A stretch of 64,000 nt of DNA from Octopus vulgaris (Eukaryota): positions 173,042,001 through 173,106,000 of the forward strand of contig OX597815.1 of the NCBI GenBank assembly GCA_951406725.2, read 5' to 3'. A program made the translations under genes and the position numbers. Numbering within the stretch: the first letter of the stretch is position 1; every line of letters begins with the position of its first letter. This document shows positions 1 through 11,992 of this stretch, one piece after another. The notes beneath the pieces were generated by a model, which was given only the letters and a program-made list of their open reading frames with translations, was not told where the DNA came from and made no database searches.

Positions 1-8
1 GACAACAC
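1..8 (-). CDS. Second coding exon (partial, runs off window) of an unrecognised minus-strand gene
   Basis: Acceptor cctctttttcag at 9-20 (minus). Phase 1 matches the donor of the 129-303 exon, giving G|GT GTT GTC (GVV). Confidence 0.5.
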
Positions 9-128
9 CTGAAAAAGAGGCATCATCTGAAGAGCTTTAAATCTTCTTTGCTACAGAGTCATTACCTTCATTATTTTCATCATCATCGTCTTAAATAAAT
101 ATCATTCATTATTGATGAGTCACAGTAC

Positions 129-303
129 CTTTTACTTTATTTTTTATTAAATTATTATTATCTATACATATAAATTTGACATGGGCGATTCTTTCTTGGG
201 ATTCACGATCAAATGGCTGGGTGAAATTGTACGAAAAATTACACAGATGTGTAGAATAATCTGGTGGTGATGCTAGGCTTTGTATTTTTTGCATAGCTCC
301 CAT
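129..303 (-). CDS. First coding exon of an unrecognised gene (MGAMQKIQSLASPPDYSTHLCNFSYNFTQPFDRESQERIAHVKF...)
   Basis: Acceptor ttatctcag at 309-317, Kozak-like accATGG, 58 open codons, donor AAG|gtactg at 127-128, then a 120-bp intron with a phase-compatible acceptor. Confidence 0.6.
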
Positions 304-714
304 GGTTACTGAGATAATCTACTATAATAATACTCTTGTGTTTATGAATGAGAAAAGAAAGAGTGATAGAGGAATAAGGAATGAAGGGGTAGTGGGATGA
401 TGAAAATTGTACTCTAAAAAAATAAATCAAACAGCGTTTCAATTCTGTGAATATATATGTGTGTATGTAAAAGTGGGATGTGAATGTGTGTGTGTGTGTG
501 TGTGCGCATGTGCAGTGGAAGTGGGATGGTTTATCTTTGTTTGCTTAGTATTTGGGTTTATTTTTTGATTTCATTGAATCTTGGTTGGTTTTTTTTTTTT
601 TTTGGTGGTCAGTTATTTTTAATGTTTTGACAGAAAAAGTCATTCTAAAATTGTTTTTTAATGTAAGCGTGCCCAAACAAGTTGAATGCTTACACGAACC
701 TTAGCAAAGGCATG

Positions 715-1250
715 AGTAAAAGCAGCAGCAAAGTACAAAGAAAAGAGAGTTGGGGCAAGGATGTCACCCTGCTTGACACCATTCTCTACAGGAATGGGTC
801 CCTCCATGGCACCACCAACGTGACCCAAGCCTCCATCCCATCATGAAATGATTTAACTATAGATACAAAGCGATCCGGACATCCAAGTTTGCCAAGTATT
901 TTCCATAGAAAGGCCCTATTTACAGTATCAAAGGCCTTTGTTAATGAATACCTGGACAAGATCCATATTCTGCTCATAGCACTTCTCCTGCATCTGTCTT
1001 GCTGTGAAAATCATATCCATTGTCCCTCTACCAGATCGGAAGCCACATTGAGATTCAGAAAGGACATCATTTACGAGACACCCATTCAGATGGGTAAGAA
1101 GAATATTTGCCAGAACCTTGCCAGCAGCTGATAGTAGAGAAATACCTCTGTAGTTACCACACGTTGTTCTGGCTCCTTTTCCTTTATATAGAGGAAGAAT
1201 AATTGCATCCTTCCAGTCCTTAGGGATTGCACCATCCCTCCAGACTGCAC
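715..1250 (-). mobile_element. RTE/BovB-like LINE reverse transcriptase fragment (degenerate)
   Basis: Translates to LTKAFDTVNRAFLWKILGKLGCPDRFVSIVKSFHDGM...GVKQGDILAPTLFSLYF, i.e. RT motifs of the BovB type; frameshifted. Confidence 0.85.
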
Positions 1251-1452
1251 TAATAATTATATGTGGTAAGTAATAATTAAAATCAAACTAAAGTATAATA
1301 TAATCGTAACATAACAAAAGTAAAAATAGCAATTGGTATAAAATTGCATCAATGACTTGAACTTGAATAAGTGGTTTCACATGAATGGGAATAAATTAAA
1401 AATAAAATTAGTGTGCAGAAATGGAATAGTCCAGATGGAGGTGTGCACATAC

Positions 1453-1634
1453 CGTTTACTATGGCTTTTACATTAGATTATCTGCTAATTAGCTAGCATT
1501 AAGTATCTATATGAAGTTCGGCTGTATGTAATGTCTGTTTTCTCAAACAGCCGCTTCTACTGAGTACTGCTGTTGGTGTATTTCTTATACATAAAGGACT
1601 ATAGCTTCAACTGCGTACTGCTTTTTGATTCACC
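1453..1634. promoter_or_regulatory. Candidate bidirectional promoter with divergent non-coding first exons
   Basis: Minus-strand donor ACG|gtatgt at 1451-1452 and plus-strand donor ACC|gtaagg at 1635-1636. CpGs are locally retained. Both flanking genes have an acceptor upstream of their ATG. Confidence 0.45.
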
Positions 1635-1857
1635 GTAAGGTTTGTTGTTATTATTATTACTGTTTAACTATTGTTATCACCTTTGTTGGTTCCTCGTAAG
1701 GGAAACGTTGTTGTGTTGCATTTGTTAAATAATTGTAAACTGTAACCCTCCCCATTTGGGAGAAGGAGCTTTGGTTATTGTTTAAAAATTGAATTGTGTC
1801 CCTGTTTGGGGAAATTGACAATATTTTCACCGTTTACACGGAAGCATTTTTGTTACA

Positions 1858-2385
1858 ATGCCTTCGATAGAAGAAAGTCCAAAAATGAATTTTGCTGCAG
1901 CTGTCGGCGGGTGCAAACTCATTAAAATTAAAATGGAAGAAACACAAACCTATTTCGGATTGGTCATCGACAAAGACGGTGAATCTAGGATAACATCACC
2001 AAACGAAATAAAAAATTAAATTAAAGTCTATTGTCTATAAAGTATACAATGTAGAGAAAAAAAAATAGATTTGAACACCTGGAGGAAAGCACCATCGAAA
2101 AGGGTCTTGGTGCGACTATGAAAGATATCTAACCAGAGGCGGTAAATTCGCCACAATAGAGGCATGGTTCGAGTCAACGGAGCATGCAAGGGAGTACTTG
2201 ACTCGAACCTTTCAAAGTGGAAATATTTTATTTTTACCTTTATATCTGGGACGTAGGACGTCCCAGATAAAAATTTTAAATGTCACCCCAGTAGTAGATG
2301 TAGGCTGGATTGTAGCCACACTTCTATACAAAAGGGAGGACAAGATACAATTGATCGAAATTGCAAGAGACGGGCCTACAATTCC
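1858..2385 (+). mobile_element. Degenerate ORF1-like remnant of an L1/Tx1-type LINE
   Basis: Broken reading frame MPSIEESPKMNFAAAVGG...FATIEAWFESTEHAREYLTRTF...YLGRRTSQIKILNVTPVVDVGWI; resembles RRM-type LINE ORF1 (pattern recognition only). Confidence 0.4.
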
Positions 2386-2502
2386 AGTCTGTTATATATT
2401 TTGAGTATTGTTATCACTAGCGATATCAAGATATAACTTCGTATTTTATGTGTAGATGTATATATATAGATGTACATGTAATATGTACACATATATACAT
2501 GC

Positions 2503-2543
2503 ACTAGCACTATGACCCGGCAACGCCGGGTCATAATGCTAGT
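2503..2543. mobile_element. Helitron-like 3' terminus (GC-rich hairpin ending CTAG)
   Basis: actagcactatgacccggc-aac-gccgggtcataatgctagt is a near-perfect palindrome with CTAG at both ends. Confidence 0.55.
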
Positions 2544-2559
2544 ATATATATAATTGATT

Positions 2560-2712
2560 TCTTTCAGTTTCTGTCTACGAAATCCACTCACAAGGCTTTG
2601 GTTGGTCTGAAGCTACAGCAGAAGACACATGCCAAGTTACCACACAGTGGGACAGAATCTAGGATGATGTGCTTCAGAACCAAGTTTCTTACCAAACAGC
2701 CACACCTGCACC
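2560..2712 (-). mobile_element. tRNA-derived SINE, family A
   Basis: Minus strand has an A-box-like tggctgtttggt, a degenerate B box and the body aaagccttgtgagtggattt..agacagaaactgaaag, which recurs at least 7 more times in the window. Confidence 0.8.
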
Positions 2713-2764
2713 TATACACACACACACACATATATATATATATGTATGTATGTGTGTGTATGTA

Positions 2765-2797
<33 letters not shown>

Positions 2798-2923
2798 ATG
2801 TATGTGTGTGTGTGTATATGTATGTATGTATATATATATGTATGCATGTGTATGTGTGTGTGTATATATATAATCATGTATATATGTGTATGTATATGTG
2901 TGTGTGTACATATTACACCTACA

Positions 2924-2959
<36 letters not shown>

Positions 2960-2968
2960 CATATATAT

Positions 2969-3014
<46 letters not shown>

Positions 3015-3086
3015 GTACACATATATACATACATATACATACATATATGCAGATGTATACATTATATATATATATATATATATATA
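2713..3086. repeat. Compound (CA)n/(TA)n/(TATG)n microsatellite
   Basis: Directly visible; the source of spurious YIYI/HTHT ORFs. Confidence 0.95.
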
Positions 3087-4336
3087 GATGGGGGTTGGAC
3101 AAAATAATGGAAACACCTAGCATTATATTTTTGAAATATCTATAAAACCATCGAAAGCTTGTTTATTTTTATGTTTTTTATTTATTATTAGTGTTGCTTA
3201 ATATGTTTTGCTAAAATTTCTGTTTGTTTTCAGATATTATCAGAAAAAGGTAATTAGAATTCATTAAAATGACAGATCTATCAGACTTTCAAAGAGGTCA
3301 AATTGTTGGTGCTCATATGGCAGGCGCTAGCATAATAAAAACAGCTAAAATGTTTGATGTATCAAGAAGTACTGTGTCAAAAGTAATGACAGCCTTTGAG
3401 AGTGAGGGAAAAACCTCCTTGTCGAAACAAAATCTGGAAGAAAACCAAAACTTTCAGATAGGGACCGTCGGACTCTTGTGCAAATTGTTAGAAAGCGTCA
3501 CAGTGCAGCTCCCAAAATTACTGCAGAGCTTAATGATCATTTCGACAACCCAGTTGCCACAAAAACTGTTCACCAGGAGCTGCAATCAGAAAACCATTAC
3601 TTTCAAACACAAACATTGCAAAGCATTTAGAGTGGAGTAAAAACCTACAGAATTGGTCCCTAGAGCAGTGGCAGAATCTTATTTTCTCAGACAAGTCATC
3701 CTTTATCTTATTTCCGACCACCAGCCGAGTATACATGTGGAGACAGCCAAAAGAAGAATTTGACCCAGACTACCTTCTTCTAACTGTTAAACATGGAGGA
3801 GGATCTGTGCTGATATGGGGGATTATATCTTGGAAATCTGCTGGCCCAATGGATTCCCTTCATGGCAGAATTAATAGTCAAGACTATTCAAGCAGTTTAT
3901 CTTATCAAATTCATCCTATGGTTGCGGAACTGTTTTTTTTTTTTGGGGGGGGGGGCAATCTTTCGTTGGTGTTACTGAATGGCACAAGGAACATTCTAGT
4001 GAAGTTGAACATCTTATCTGGCTACCACATTCCCCAGATCCCAATATTATTGAACATTTATCATGCATTTTAGAAAAACAAGTTTATTTAACATTTATCG
4101 TGCGTTTTAGAAAAACAAGTAAGGTGTTGATATCTTCCACCAACATCACTACAAGAACTGGAGACTGTTTTAGCTGAAGAAAAGAGAAAAATTTCTTTGG
4201 AAACAATTCAAACTTTGTATGAGTCATACCTTGTAAAATTCAAGCTGTAATTACTGCCAAAAGTGGTCCTACCCCATATTAAGATATATTTGTTTGAAAT
4301 TTTAAGGTGTTTCCATTATTTTGTCCAACTCCTGTG
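3087..4336 (+). mobile_element. Tc1/mariner DNA transposon with defective transposase
   Basis: TIR core gttggacaaaataatggaaacacct (3094-3118) with its inverse at 4305-4329, in a TA microsatellite. Broken transposase: HTH MTDLSDFQRGQIVGA..., FSDKS, TVKHGGGSVLIWG, PHSPDPNIIEHL. Confidence 0.92.
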
Positions 4337-4510
4337 TGTATGTATGTATATACATGTATGTATGTATATGCATGTATGTATGTATATACATGTATGTATG
4401 TATATATATCTATGTATATATATGTATGTTTATGTATGTATGTTTATATTTGTATGTATGTTTATATATGTATGTATTTTTATATATGTATGTATGCATG
4501 TATATATGTG
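4337..4510. repeat. (TATG)n-type microsatellite
   Basis: Directly visible. Confidence 0.9.
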
Positions 4511-4514
4511 AGAT

Positions 4515-4633
4515 AATAGTTTCAATTTAATTAAGGCATGAGTAAAATTTGAATGAAATCGGTTGTGTAGTTCTCAAGTTTTAGTGATTCACGCAGACAA
4601 ACAGATACACATTCTCATCTTTATATATATAGA
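4515..4633 (-). mobile_element. Helitron-like 5' end
   Basis: Minus strand begins a|TCTATATATATAAAGATGAGAATGTGTATCTGTTTGTCTG, the typical start of non-autonomous Helitrons. Confidence 0.5.
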
Positions 4634-4642
4634 TATAATATA

Positions 4643-4912
4643 AATTAGAGATAAAACCACTATCATGCAACAATGATAGACATAAACCAAATCATAAATA
4701 ACAAATAAAATATATTTTCATGAAACATATAACTAGATCATAAAAAGTATAAAAATGAATAATCAATATATAATAAGTATAATATTGATTATTCATTTTT
4801 ATACTTTTTGTGATCTAGTTATGTTTTATAAAAATATATTTTATTTGTTATTTATGATTTGGTTTATGTCTACCATTGTTTGAGTTGCATGATAGTGGTT
4901 TTATCTCCAATT
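4643..4912. repeat. Long inverted repeat (~125-bp arms, ~10-bp spacer)
   Basis: aattagagataaaaccactatcatgcaac...aatcaatat pairs with atattgatt...gttgcatgatagtggttttatctccaatt. Confidence 0.9.
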
Positions 4913-5179
4913 GATATTTTATATATTTATATTGTGAAATTTGATTTAATACTAAATTGAATTTTTTCCTGTAAGTTTGGAGTTATACTCCCTAATATTA
5001 TTATTATATATAGATATATACACACGTGTGTGTGTGCATTTTTCATTTTCTCTCGTTTCTGTCAATCCACGGTTATGCTTTTTAACAAAGAATATGAGGA
5101 ATATTATTTCTGTATAAAATATGAAAATTTACAAGTTACATGAAATCCATACATGAATGATAACCATTTGTGCACACTA

Positions 5180-5650
5180 GCCACTTATATTTGTACTTAG
5201 TCTACTCTTGGTTTGTTGTACAAATATCAACTCATTTTCTGAATATAATTTTCATTATAAAAACTGTTTGCTATACAATTTGTTCACTTAATGTACTGTT
5301 TGTATATACTCTCCAAGTACTTATACATATGTGTAGTCTATTTGTGGTTTGTTCTTCAAATTTCACCTCACTAAACAAATTGGCACCCAACACTTCTATG
5401 CATGTGTAGTCTATTTGTAGTTTGTTCTTCAAATTTCACCTAGCTAAACAAACTGGCACCCAGCACTTCTATGCGTGTGTAGGCTATCGATTGCTTGTTG
5501 TTCAAATTTTAGCTTACTAAGCAAATGGCTTTCCAGTCATTTGTATCATAGTTCATTGATCAAATTTCAGCTCATTATGCATATTTAATTTTCTCTGTGA
5601 AAACTGTTTGTTATTCAGTTTGTTCATTTAGGGAACTGTTCATATATGAG
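5180..5650. repeat. Degenerate ~72-bp tandem repeat
   Basis: Units cacttctatgcatgtgtagtctatttgtagtttgttcttcaaatttcacc...ggcacccag at ~5319, 5391 and 5463; a further piece at ~6791. Confidence 0.75.
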
Positions 5651-5664
5651 TATCCCACTGGATA

Positions 5665-6580
5665 ATCATCATCAACATTTAATGTCCCTTTTTCATGCTG
5701 ACATGTGATGGATGGCTTGAGAGGAACTTGAAAGGCCAGGGGCCACACCAGGTTCTACAGTCTATTTCGGCTTGGTTTCTACGGCTGGATGCACTTTCTA
5801 ATGTCAAACACTTTTCAGAGTGTACTGAGTGCTTTTTATATGACTCCATCACTTGTGCTTTTTATATGACACCAGCACCATTCCTTTTTATATGGCACAA
5901 GCACCCACACCAATGCTTTTTACATGACACCTTGGTTTTAGGATCTCAACTCTGTTGTGGTGGGTGGGTCTTCTTGGGTACAACAATGCACTACATATGG
6001 TCCTTTGTCATCTTTGTAAGACTTGGTGTTTTGAGATCAGCCATTAACACTTTGTCCCATGTCTTCTTAGGTCTCCCTCTTCTAAAACTTCCTTCCACTA
6101 TAAGTGATCAACACTTCCTCATCCATCTGTATTACATGGCCAAACTAGTGCAGTCTTGTCTGTTGCTCATTGCATATAATTCCTCTTATGCCCAACTTCT
6201 CTCTCAATACATCATTGCTCTGTCACACATGCACACTGACATTGCCCATCCAGTGGAGTATACCAACTTTGTTCCTTTCCAGCCTTCATATAACCTCTAC
6301 ATTCAGGGCCCATATCTCACTATCAGGCAACATAGTAGTTTGTATGAATGTATAATACAAACTTCTTTTTACTTGGAGAGAGAGACCTTTGATTGCTGAC
6401 AGAGGTAAAAGCTCTCTGAATTTTCTCCAATCTACTCTAATTCTAGCAATTACACACTCTGTACAACCTCCTCTATTGCTAATTAGGTCACCCCGGTAAC
6501 AAAAGTTATCTACAACTTCCAGAGAGCCACTGGGATATTTGGGGAAATCAGTTTCTTGCATATCAGTGGTCTTTATATTT
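5665..6580 (-). mobile_element. 5'-truncated RTE LINE copy (same family as 27570-32603)
   Basis: SLEVVDNFCYRGDLISNRGGCTECVIARIRVDWRKFRELLPL, the shared 3' module and a (gat)n tail. Confidence 0.9.
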
Positions 6581-7104
6581 GATGTATACACACACATGCA
6601 TATGTATAAATTATATCACATGCACACTCATACAATGTCTGGTTGAGTTGTGCATCCTATCCCATTTAGTGTTGAATAAACAAATGTATAGGAGATGGAG
6701 GTTATAATTGTCAACCAATTCCTACTTACTATTCTCTGAAGTGTACTTAGTCTGTTTCTCTAGTTTGTCTATACATTCAATGATTCTAATACACTTCTAT
6801 GTGTGAGTAGTCTATTTGTAGTATTAAACTTATTGTGTATTAAACTTACTGTGTATTGTTTTAAAATAATTATGTTTTTAATCTTATCTTTATTTTTTAC
6901 CTTTTTTTTTTATATTGTCTTTTACTGCTGAACCAGCATTGATTTTGTGTTATAAATATTTCTGCAGAGCACAAACAGTTATTTATGACTTCATCAGCTG
7001 TCAAAATCATTTGATGATGTCATGAATGAGCTACTTTGATGCACTTTCATTGAAGTATCTTATCTGCAAAGGTGGAATTTCGAACAAAATAAAATTTCGT
7101 AAAA

Positions 7105-7163
7105 ATGGTCGTTAGAAATAATGAAAATTTATATTCCAAAGCACCTAAATCTCATATACCTGG
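7105..7163 (+). CDS. FAM166B: FAM166/CIMIP2-family protein, coding exon 1 (MVVRNNENLYSKAPKSHIPG)
   Basis: ATG at 7105, donor GG|gtaaaa (phase 2); splices to give the HIPG-YTGFCP family motif. Upstream acceptor tctgcag at 6961-6967. Confidence 0.8.
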
Positions 7164-7730
7164 GTAAAACATTTATTTCTATATTCTCAAAATTTTGTTT
7201 GATTTTTTTAGAGATTTTTAAAAATATATTTCAAATTTATTTCTTATATAGAGTCATTATAAAATCCTTGATCAAATTTAAATTTGAAGTTTTTTTTAAT
7301 TTTTAAAACCTAGTGTCTATAATATGATTGAAATAAATTGTAAAGAATACTTAGGAGCCTGATACATCTATTTTGTCATCATCTATTAAAAAATTTTATT
7401 GTTTAATTTTTAAAAATTTAATAGTCACTTGAAATTTATTCTATGGGGATATGCTGATGATTACTATTTATTCAATGAAATTTTGTCCTATGGATGACAT
7501 GCATGCTTGGATAACTAATGTGATTTACAGTATAACTGAAAATCAACTGATGTGTATGTATGTATGTATGTATGTATGTGTATATATATGTGTGTGTGTA
7601 TGCAACAAAATATGTAAACAACCTTTTTTGTGTTTTGGATATTTAAGTAATATTTTGAATTTAGTATAGCCATGAAGACAGCAGAAAAACTGGGTATTTT
7701 ACCCTTATATGATGGAAAAAGTTGTTTGCA

Positions 7731-7800
7731 GGCAGCCCTGGGACTCAAACCCACACCTCTCAGATACCGGCTGAGTACTTTATCATTAATCTAAACTGCC
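7731..7800 (-). pseudogene. tRNA-like sequence (GGT anticodon), probably a pseudogene or repeat head
   Basis: Acceptor stem GGCAGTT/GGCTGCC, anticodon stem CTCAG/CTGAG with loop CCGGTAT, T arm TGGG-TTTGAGT-CCCA. Degenerate D arm and non-canonical T loop. Confidence 0.55.
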
Positions 7801-8359
7801 TCCTGATAACAATTTCCATCAAATTAAACCCTAAATAGATATTTTATTTGAAATGCAACAACATATGTAAACAAACTTTTTTTGTTTTTGGAAGCATTGA
7901 ATGTGTATTGTATTATACAGACAAGAAAGTAATATTTTGAACACAGTATAGCCGTGAAAACAGCAGAAAGATTGGGTATTCTACATATGTTGTTGCATTT
8001 CAAATAAGCTATGTATTTAGACTTTCTTATCTGTATGATATGATATATATATGTATTGTGATGGTGAACATATTAACAACCTACAATTTTGAGAATAAAT
8101 TTGTTTAAAAATGTAATAAACTTTCATTTATCCTTTTCACAGATCAGTTCTACCACACATAAAATTCAAGCTATTCAAATTAAAAATTTTACAATGATTT
8201 TATAATGATAATGTATTTAAACTAGAAATAGTTGATTTACTTTAAAATCAAAATTTGCTTTCAATTTATTAAATCAATATATGCATAAAATTAAAACATT
8301 TCTTTTTACTATAAACTATTTTTATGCATTGAATATATTTTGTTTGCTTCTTTGTCATT

Positions 8360-8910
8360 ATCATCATTATTTAATGTCCACTTTCCATATTGGCATGGGC
8401 TAGATGGTGTGACTGGAGCTGGTAAGCCAGAGAGCTGTACCAAGTTCCAGTATGATTTGGTATGGTTTCTATGGCTGGATTCCCTGCCTAATGCCAACCA
8501 CTTTGGGAGTGTAATGGGTGCTTTTTACATGCCACTGGCGCAGGTGCTATTTACATGACACTAGTTAAGGCCACAGCTAAGATTTCACGGATGCTATTTA
8601 CATGACACTGGCAACAGTCACAACCTCCATGAGATTCAACACTCAAAGATCATGTTTCACCACCTCATCCAATGTCTTCTGAGTCTATCTCTTCCATAGG
8701 TTTGCTTCACAGTTTGAGATCAGCATTTCTTGACACAGCTGTCCTCGTCCATACACCTCACATGACCACAGCAGGGCAGTCATCTCTCTTGCACACCACA
8801 TTTGATGCCTCTTATGCCCAGTTCTACTCTCAAGACATGTTCTGTTGCTCATGTATACTGACACTGCACATCCAGTGAAGCAGACTAACTTCATTTCTTT
8901 CAAGCTTTTG
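8360..8910 (-). mobile_element. RTE LINE 3' fragment
   Basis: Shared 3' module (gttggcattaggcagggaatccagccatagaaac) plus degenerate C-terminal ORF sequence. Confidence 0.85.
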
Positions 8911-9451
8911 CATGTCCTCTGAGGAGTGTTCTTTTTCTCTGTAGTTGTCTCCAAAGCAGCTTTTTAATTGAATAAATTGGTGTCACTAAAGTGGCAAAAT
9001 CTATAATTATTTACCATAAGGGAGAATCCATTAAGATTTTTAAGAAGTCAAGATGCCTTTGAACATTGAAAGGGAGCCTCTTCCTGTCAGATTGCTGAGA
9101 GGTGAGGCCTTCCTGTATTGAGTGCTAAATATCCTTTGTAGCAGGGCCCGGGGCAAATCCCCCCCCACACACACACACACAATGAATTTGGCCCACCTTG
9201 CATGTCCTATCCTGTAATGACTATAATATAAGAAATTGTAAGTTTGTCCTTCATAAGTAGAATATTTTGCTGGTATGATGATGAACTAATTTGTTCAATG
9301 AATATTGGTTATAAAGTAATTTTGATGAAAGTAGGTAGATTCTGTTAGAAATAACATATTTGTGAAAAATATAAAATTAATTTTTCAGATTAAATCTTTT
9401 TTTCTTGTTTTTTCCTAATTACATATTACTTGTTTTACTTTTGGAATTTAG

Positions 9452-9693
9452 ATATACTGGATTTTGTCCACAATTAAAGTTTACTATAGGAAAAACTTTT
9501 GGGCATGCAACAGAGAAAACATTGAAAGATGATGATATTAATCCTTACCTTACAAATACAGAGAAATCTTTGTTGAGACGGAAATATCCAACTTTTGAAG
9601 AAAGACTTCAAAATAACAATGACCAAATTTTGGAAAAGAGACGAAATTCTCCAGGAAACATATTTCAAGAAAATATGATCTCTGGTTATACAG
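9452..9693 (+). CDS. FAM166B: FAM166/CIMIP2-family protein, exon 2 (YTGFCPQLKFTIGKTFGHAT...MISGYT)
   Basis: AG/GT boundaries, phases 2->1; GYTGxxP...GxTFG motif (DUF2475-type). Confidence 0.88.
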
Positions 9694-11855
9694 GTATATA
9701 TATAAAATTTGTTTCTCCCTGCTCCATTTTCTTGTTTATTTGTTCATGTTATAAGTTTTGTGATATTTTAGAAATTTTCTTTATTCTATATAATAAAAAA
9801 TGTCATCTTAATAAAATCAGAATGGCAGGGGTGCATAATGATCAAAAGTTAGATTCAGTTTTGTATTCCCGCTTGAAAATTTGTTTATTGTTCATAAAAA
9901 AAAAACATATGAAATATTTATGTTTTAATGTTATGTTCATTCAAAGTATCAAGATTTGAAAAGAATTAATGAGCTTAGTCTCTTATTGATAAATAGTTCT
10001 TAATTGAATTCTCATAGTTAAAGGTTTTGGAGTATAGTTTGCTAAAGTTATCGTTTAATTGTCTGAACATCTTTTCGCCTCACTAAACAAATTATGTAAA
10101 ACTAATACTTAGTTCAGGACACACTAGAACAGGTTTGCTAGAACTGGCAGGTACACAATATCTGATGTGCTAGAACTGGCCTGTTAGACTTTTCAGGATC
10201 ATATGGAGAAAGATATCACCTTTTATTGTTTTTTTCAATAACATGACAATTGGTGAAGAATGAATTTGAAAATAACTTGTGATCTCTTTAAAGTTAACAG
10301 CAACCAATTTTTTGTTTTGTTTATCTACTCTTTGCTTCATATATAACGTTCCTCTTTTAAAATCTTGTCATAAACATTACATAAGCTTCCATTACAAGTA
10401 AAGTGCTGAAACTGAAAAAGTTCATGATGGCTTCAAATATTATGGTGAAGAGGAACTATAAACACCCAATAAATTTATGATGATTATTGATTCTACTTTT
10501 AATTTCCTCACATTTGACAAACAGATATTTCCAAATTAGCATTATGTTATAGAAGACTATCCCTTTTCAGAAGCTTTTAGGTCACAATAGTGTGTGGTTT
10601 TTTTGGGGCCATATACTTCCTTTTGCAAATGTCTTACCAGAAAACATAACATTTGCAGCTTCTTGTTCCAGTACCTACAAAAGCTATTCTTTCTTCGTTC
10701 TCTGTATGTCATTGATATCATAATTTGTCTTGATGTTTACCTTTCTATGCTGGCATACAACATATCAATATTTTTTTAATTGTTCTCTTCTTCTAAATAA
10801 TAATAAATTTTCTTAATTACATCAGCTTTATATAACTGTATTTAAACCACATCATCATCAATCATCTAAGGTTTCCACCATCTTATCTATGAGGTCCAGG
10901 ATCCTGTGATCTGGCCATTACTTTCTTTCCCTTCTTCTTATTTTGGTACCCTCATCTGGTGTCACACATTTGTTTTACACTCAGCATTCATAGATATGCA
11001 ACTACATGTCAATTTTAGTATAGTCATTCCTGTATACTTTGGTTAATGGTCATCTGTTATCTCAGTTCATATGTGCATTGTATTTCTTGTAGTTTGTCTT
11101 ATTTCTGTGCAGCCACTCACAGAACATTTGCATTCAATGTCCATGTTCATTATTAAGTTGTTTCATTCTTCTTACACAGGTTTCATACTGTTTGCCTTTT
11201 GCACAATATAGAAACTTTTTGATGCTAAAAGAGGCAACAGTTCTCTGAGCTTCTCCTAGCCCTTCTAATTACTACTCTTGATTGTCAGAATTTTCTTGCC
11301 ATATTTCCTTAAGTCATAACTCTTGTTAGGCAAAAACTAATAACTGTCTCATTAAAATAGCCACCTCACAGAGTTAATTTCTTAGACAGGCCACAGTTAT
11401 CCTGATTTTGCAGAGGAAATCAGCAGTGTAGGGTCTGAGAACACCTGAGGTTTCCAGCTTATTTACAGGTCATTCAGCAAGTTCACATTGAACCAACAAA
11501 TGAAAAATCTATATAGTTGCAAGAAGTACCAGTTAAATCTTTCCCAAAGATAACTGTCTCATTTAAAAAATAGTATGATAATGTAGTCATAGACACACTA
11601 TATCATAATAAAAGAAACAGCTGGAATGCCTTCCATCATAGGCCTGCTCTATCAGGCCTGGCCATGAGCTAAACAATAATATCATACAGTAGCAGTAGTA
11701 TTTGTGATAGACAAGAAAATGCAAAAGAGTTATTTAATAACTCATGTTTTCCTGTCTGTCACAAATATTGAGTACAACAGTGTTGAGAATAAAAAACTAA
11801 TATTGTCAAAAGTCAAACAAATTTTATGACTAAACTCTTTATTGTTCCATTTTAG

Positions 11856-11992
11856 GCTGTATTCCTTGTCTTCAAAATTATCACGGGCAAACCTTTCGAA
11901 ATATTTGGCGAGACAGTCTGACAGAATTTGAATATAACCAAATAAAGAATAATTTGAGAAGGCAACAACTGGGTTTTGAACCAAGCTCACAA
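11856..11992 (+). CDS. FAM166B: FAM166/CIMIP2-family protein, exon 3 (GCIPCLQNYHGQTFRNIWRDSLTEF...)
   Basis: Acceptor ttttag, phases 1->0, donor CAA|gtttgt (the weakest boundary); second family repeat. Confidence 0.75.

Noticed and set aside
2588-3145. Many overlapping 60-160-aa ORFs (YIYI/CVCV/HTHT), also at 4263-4530 and 47244-47617
   Set aside because: Translations of stop-free microsatellites.
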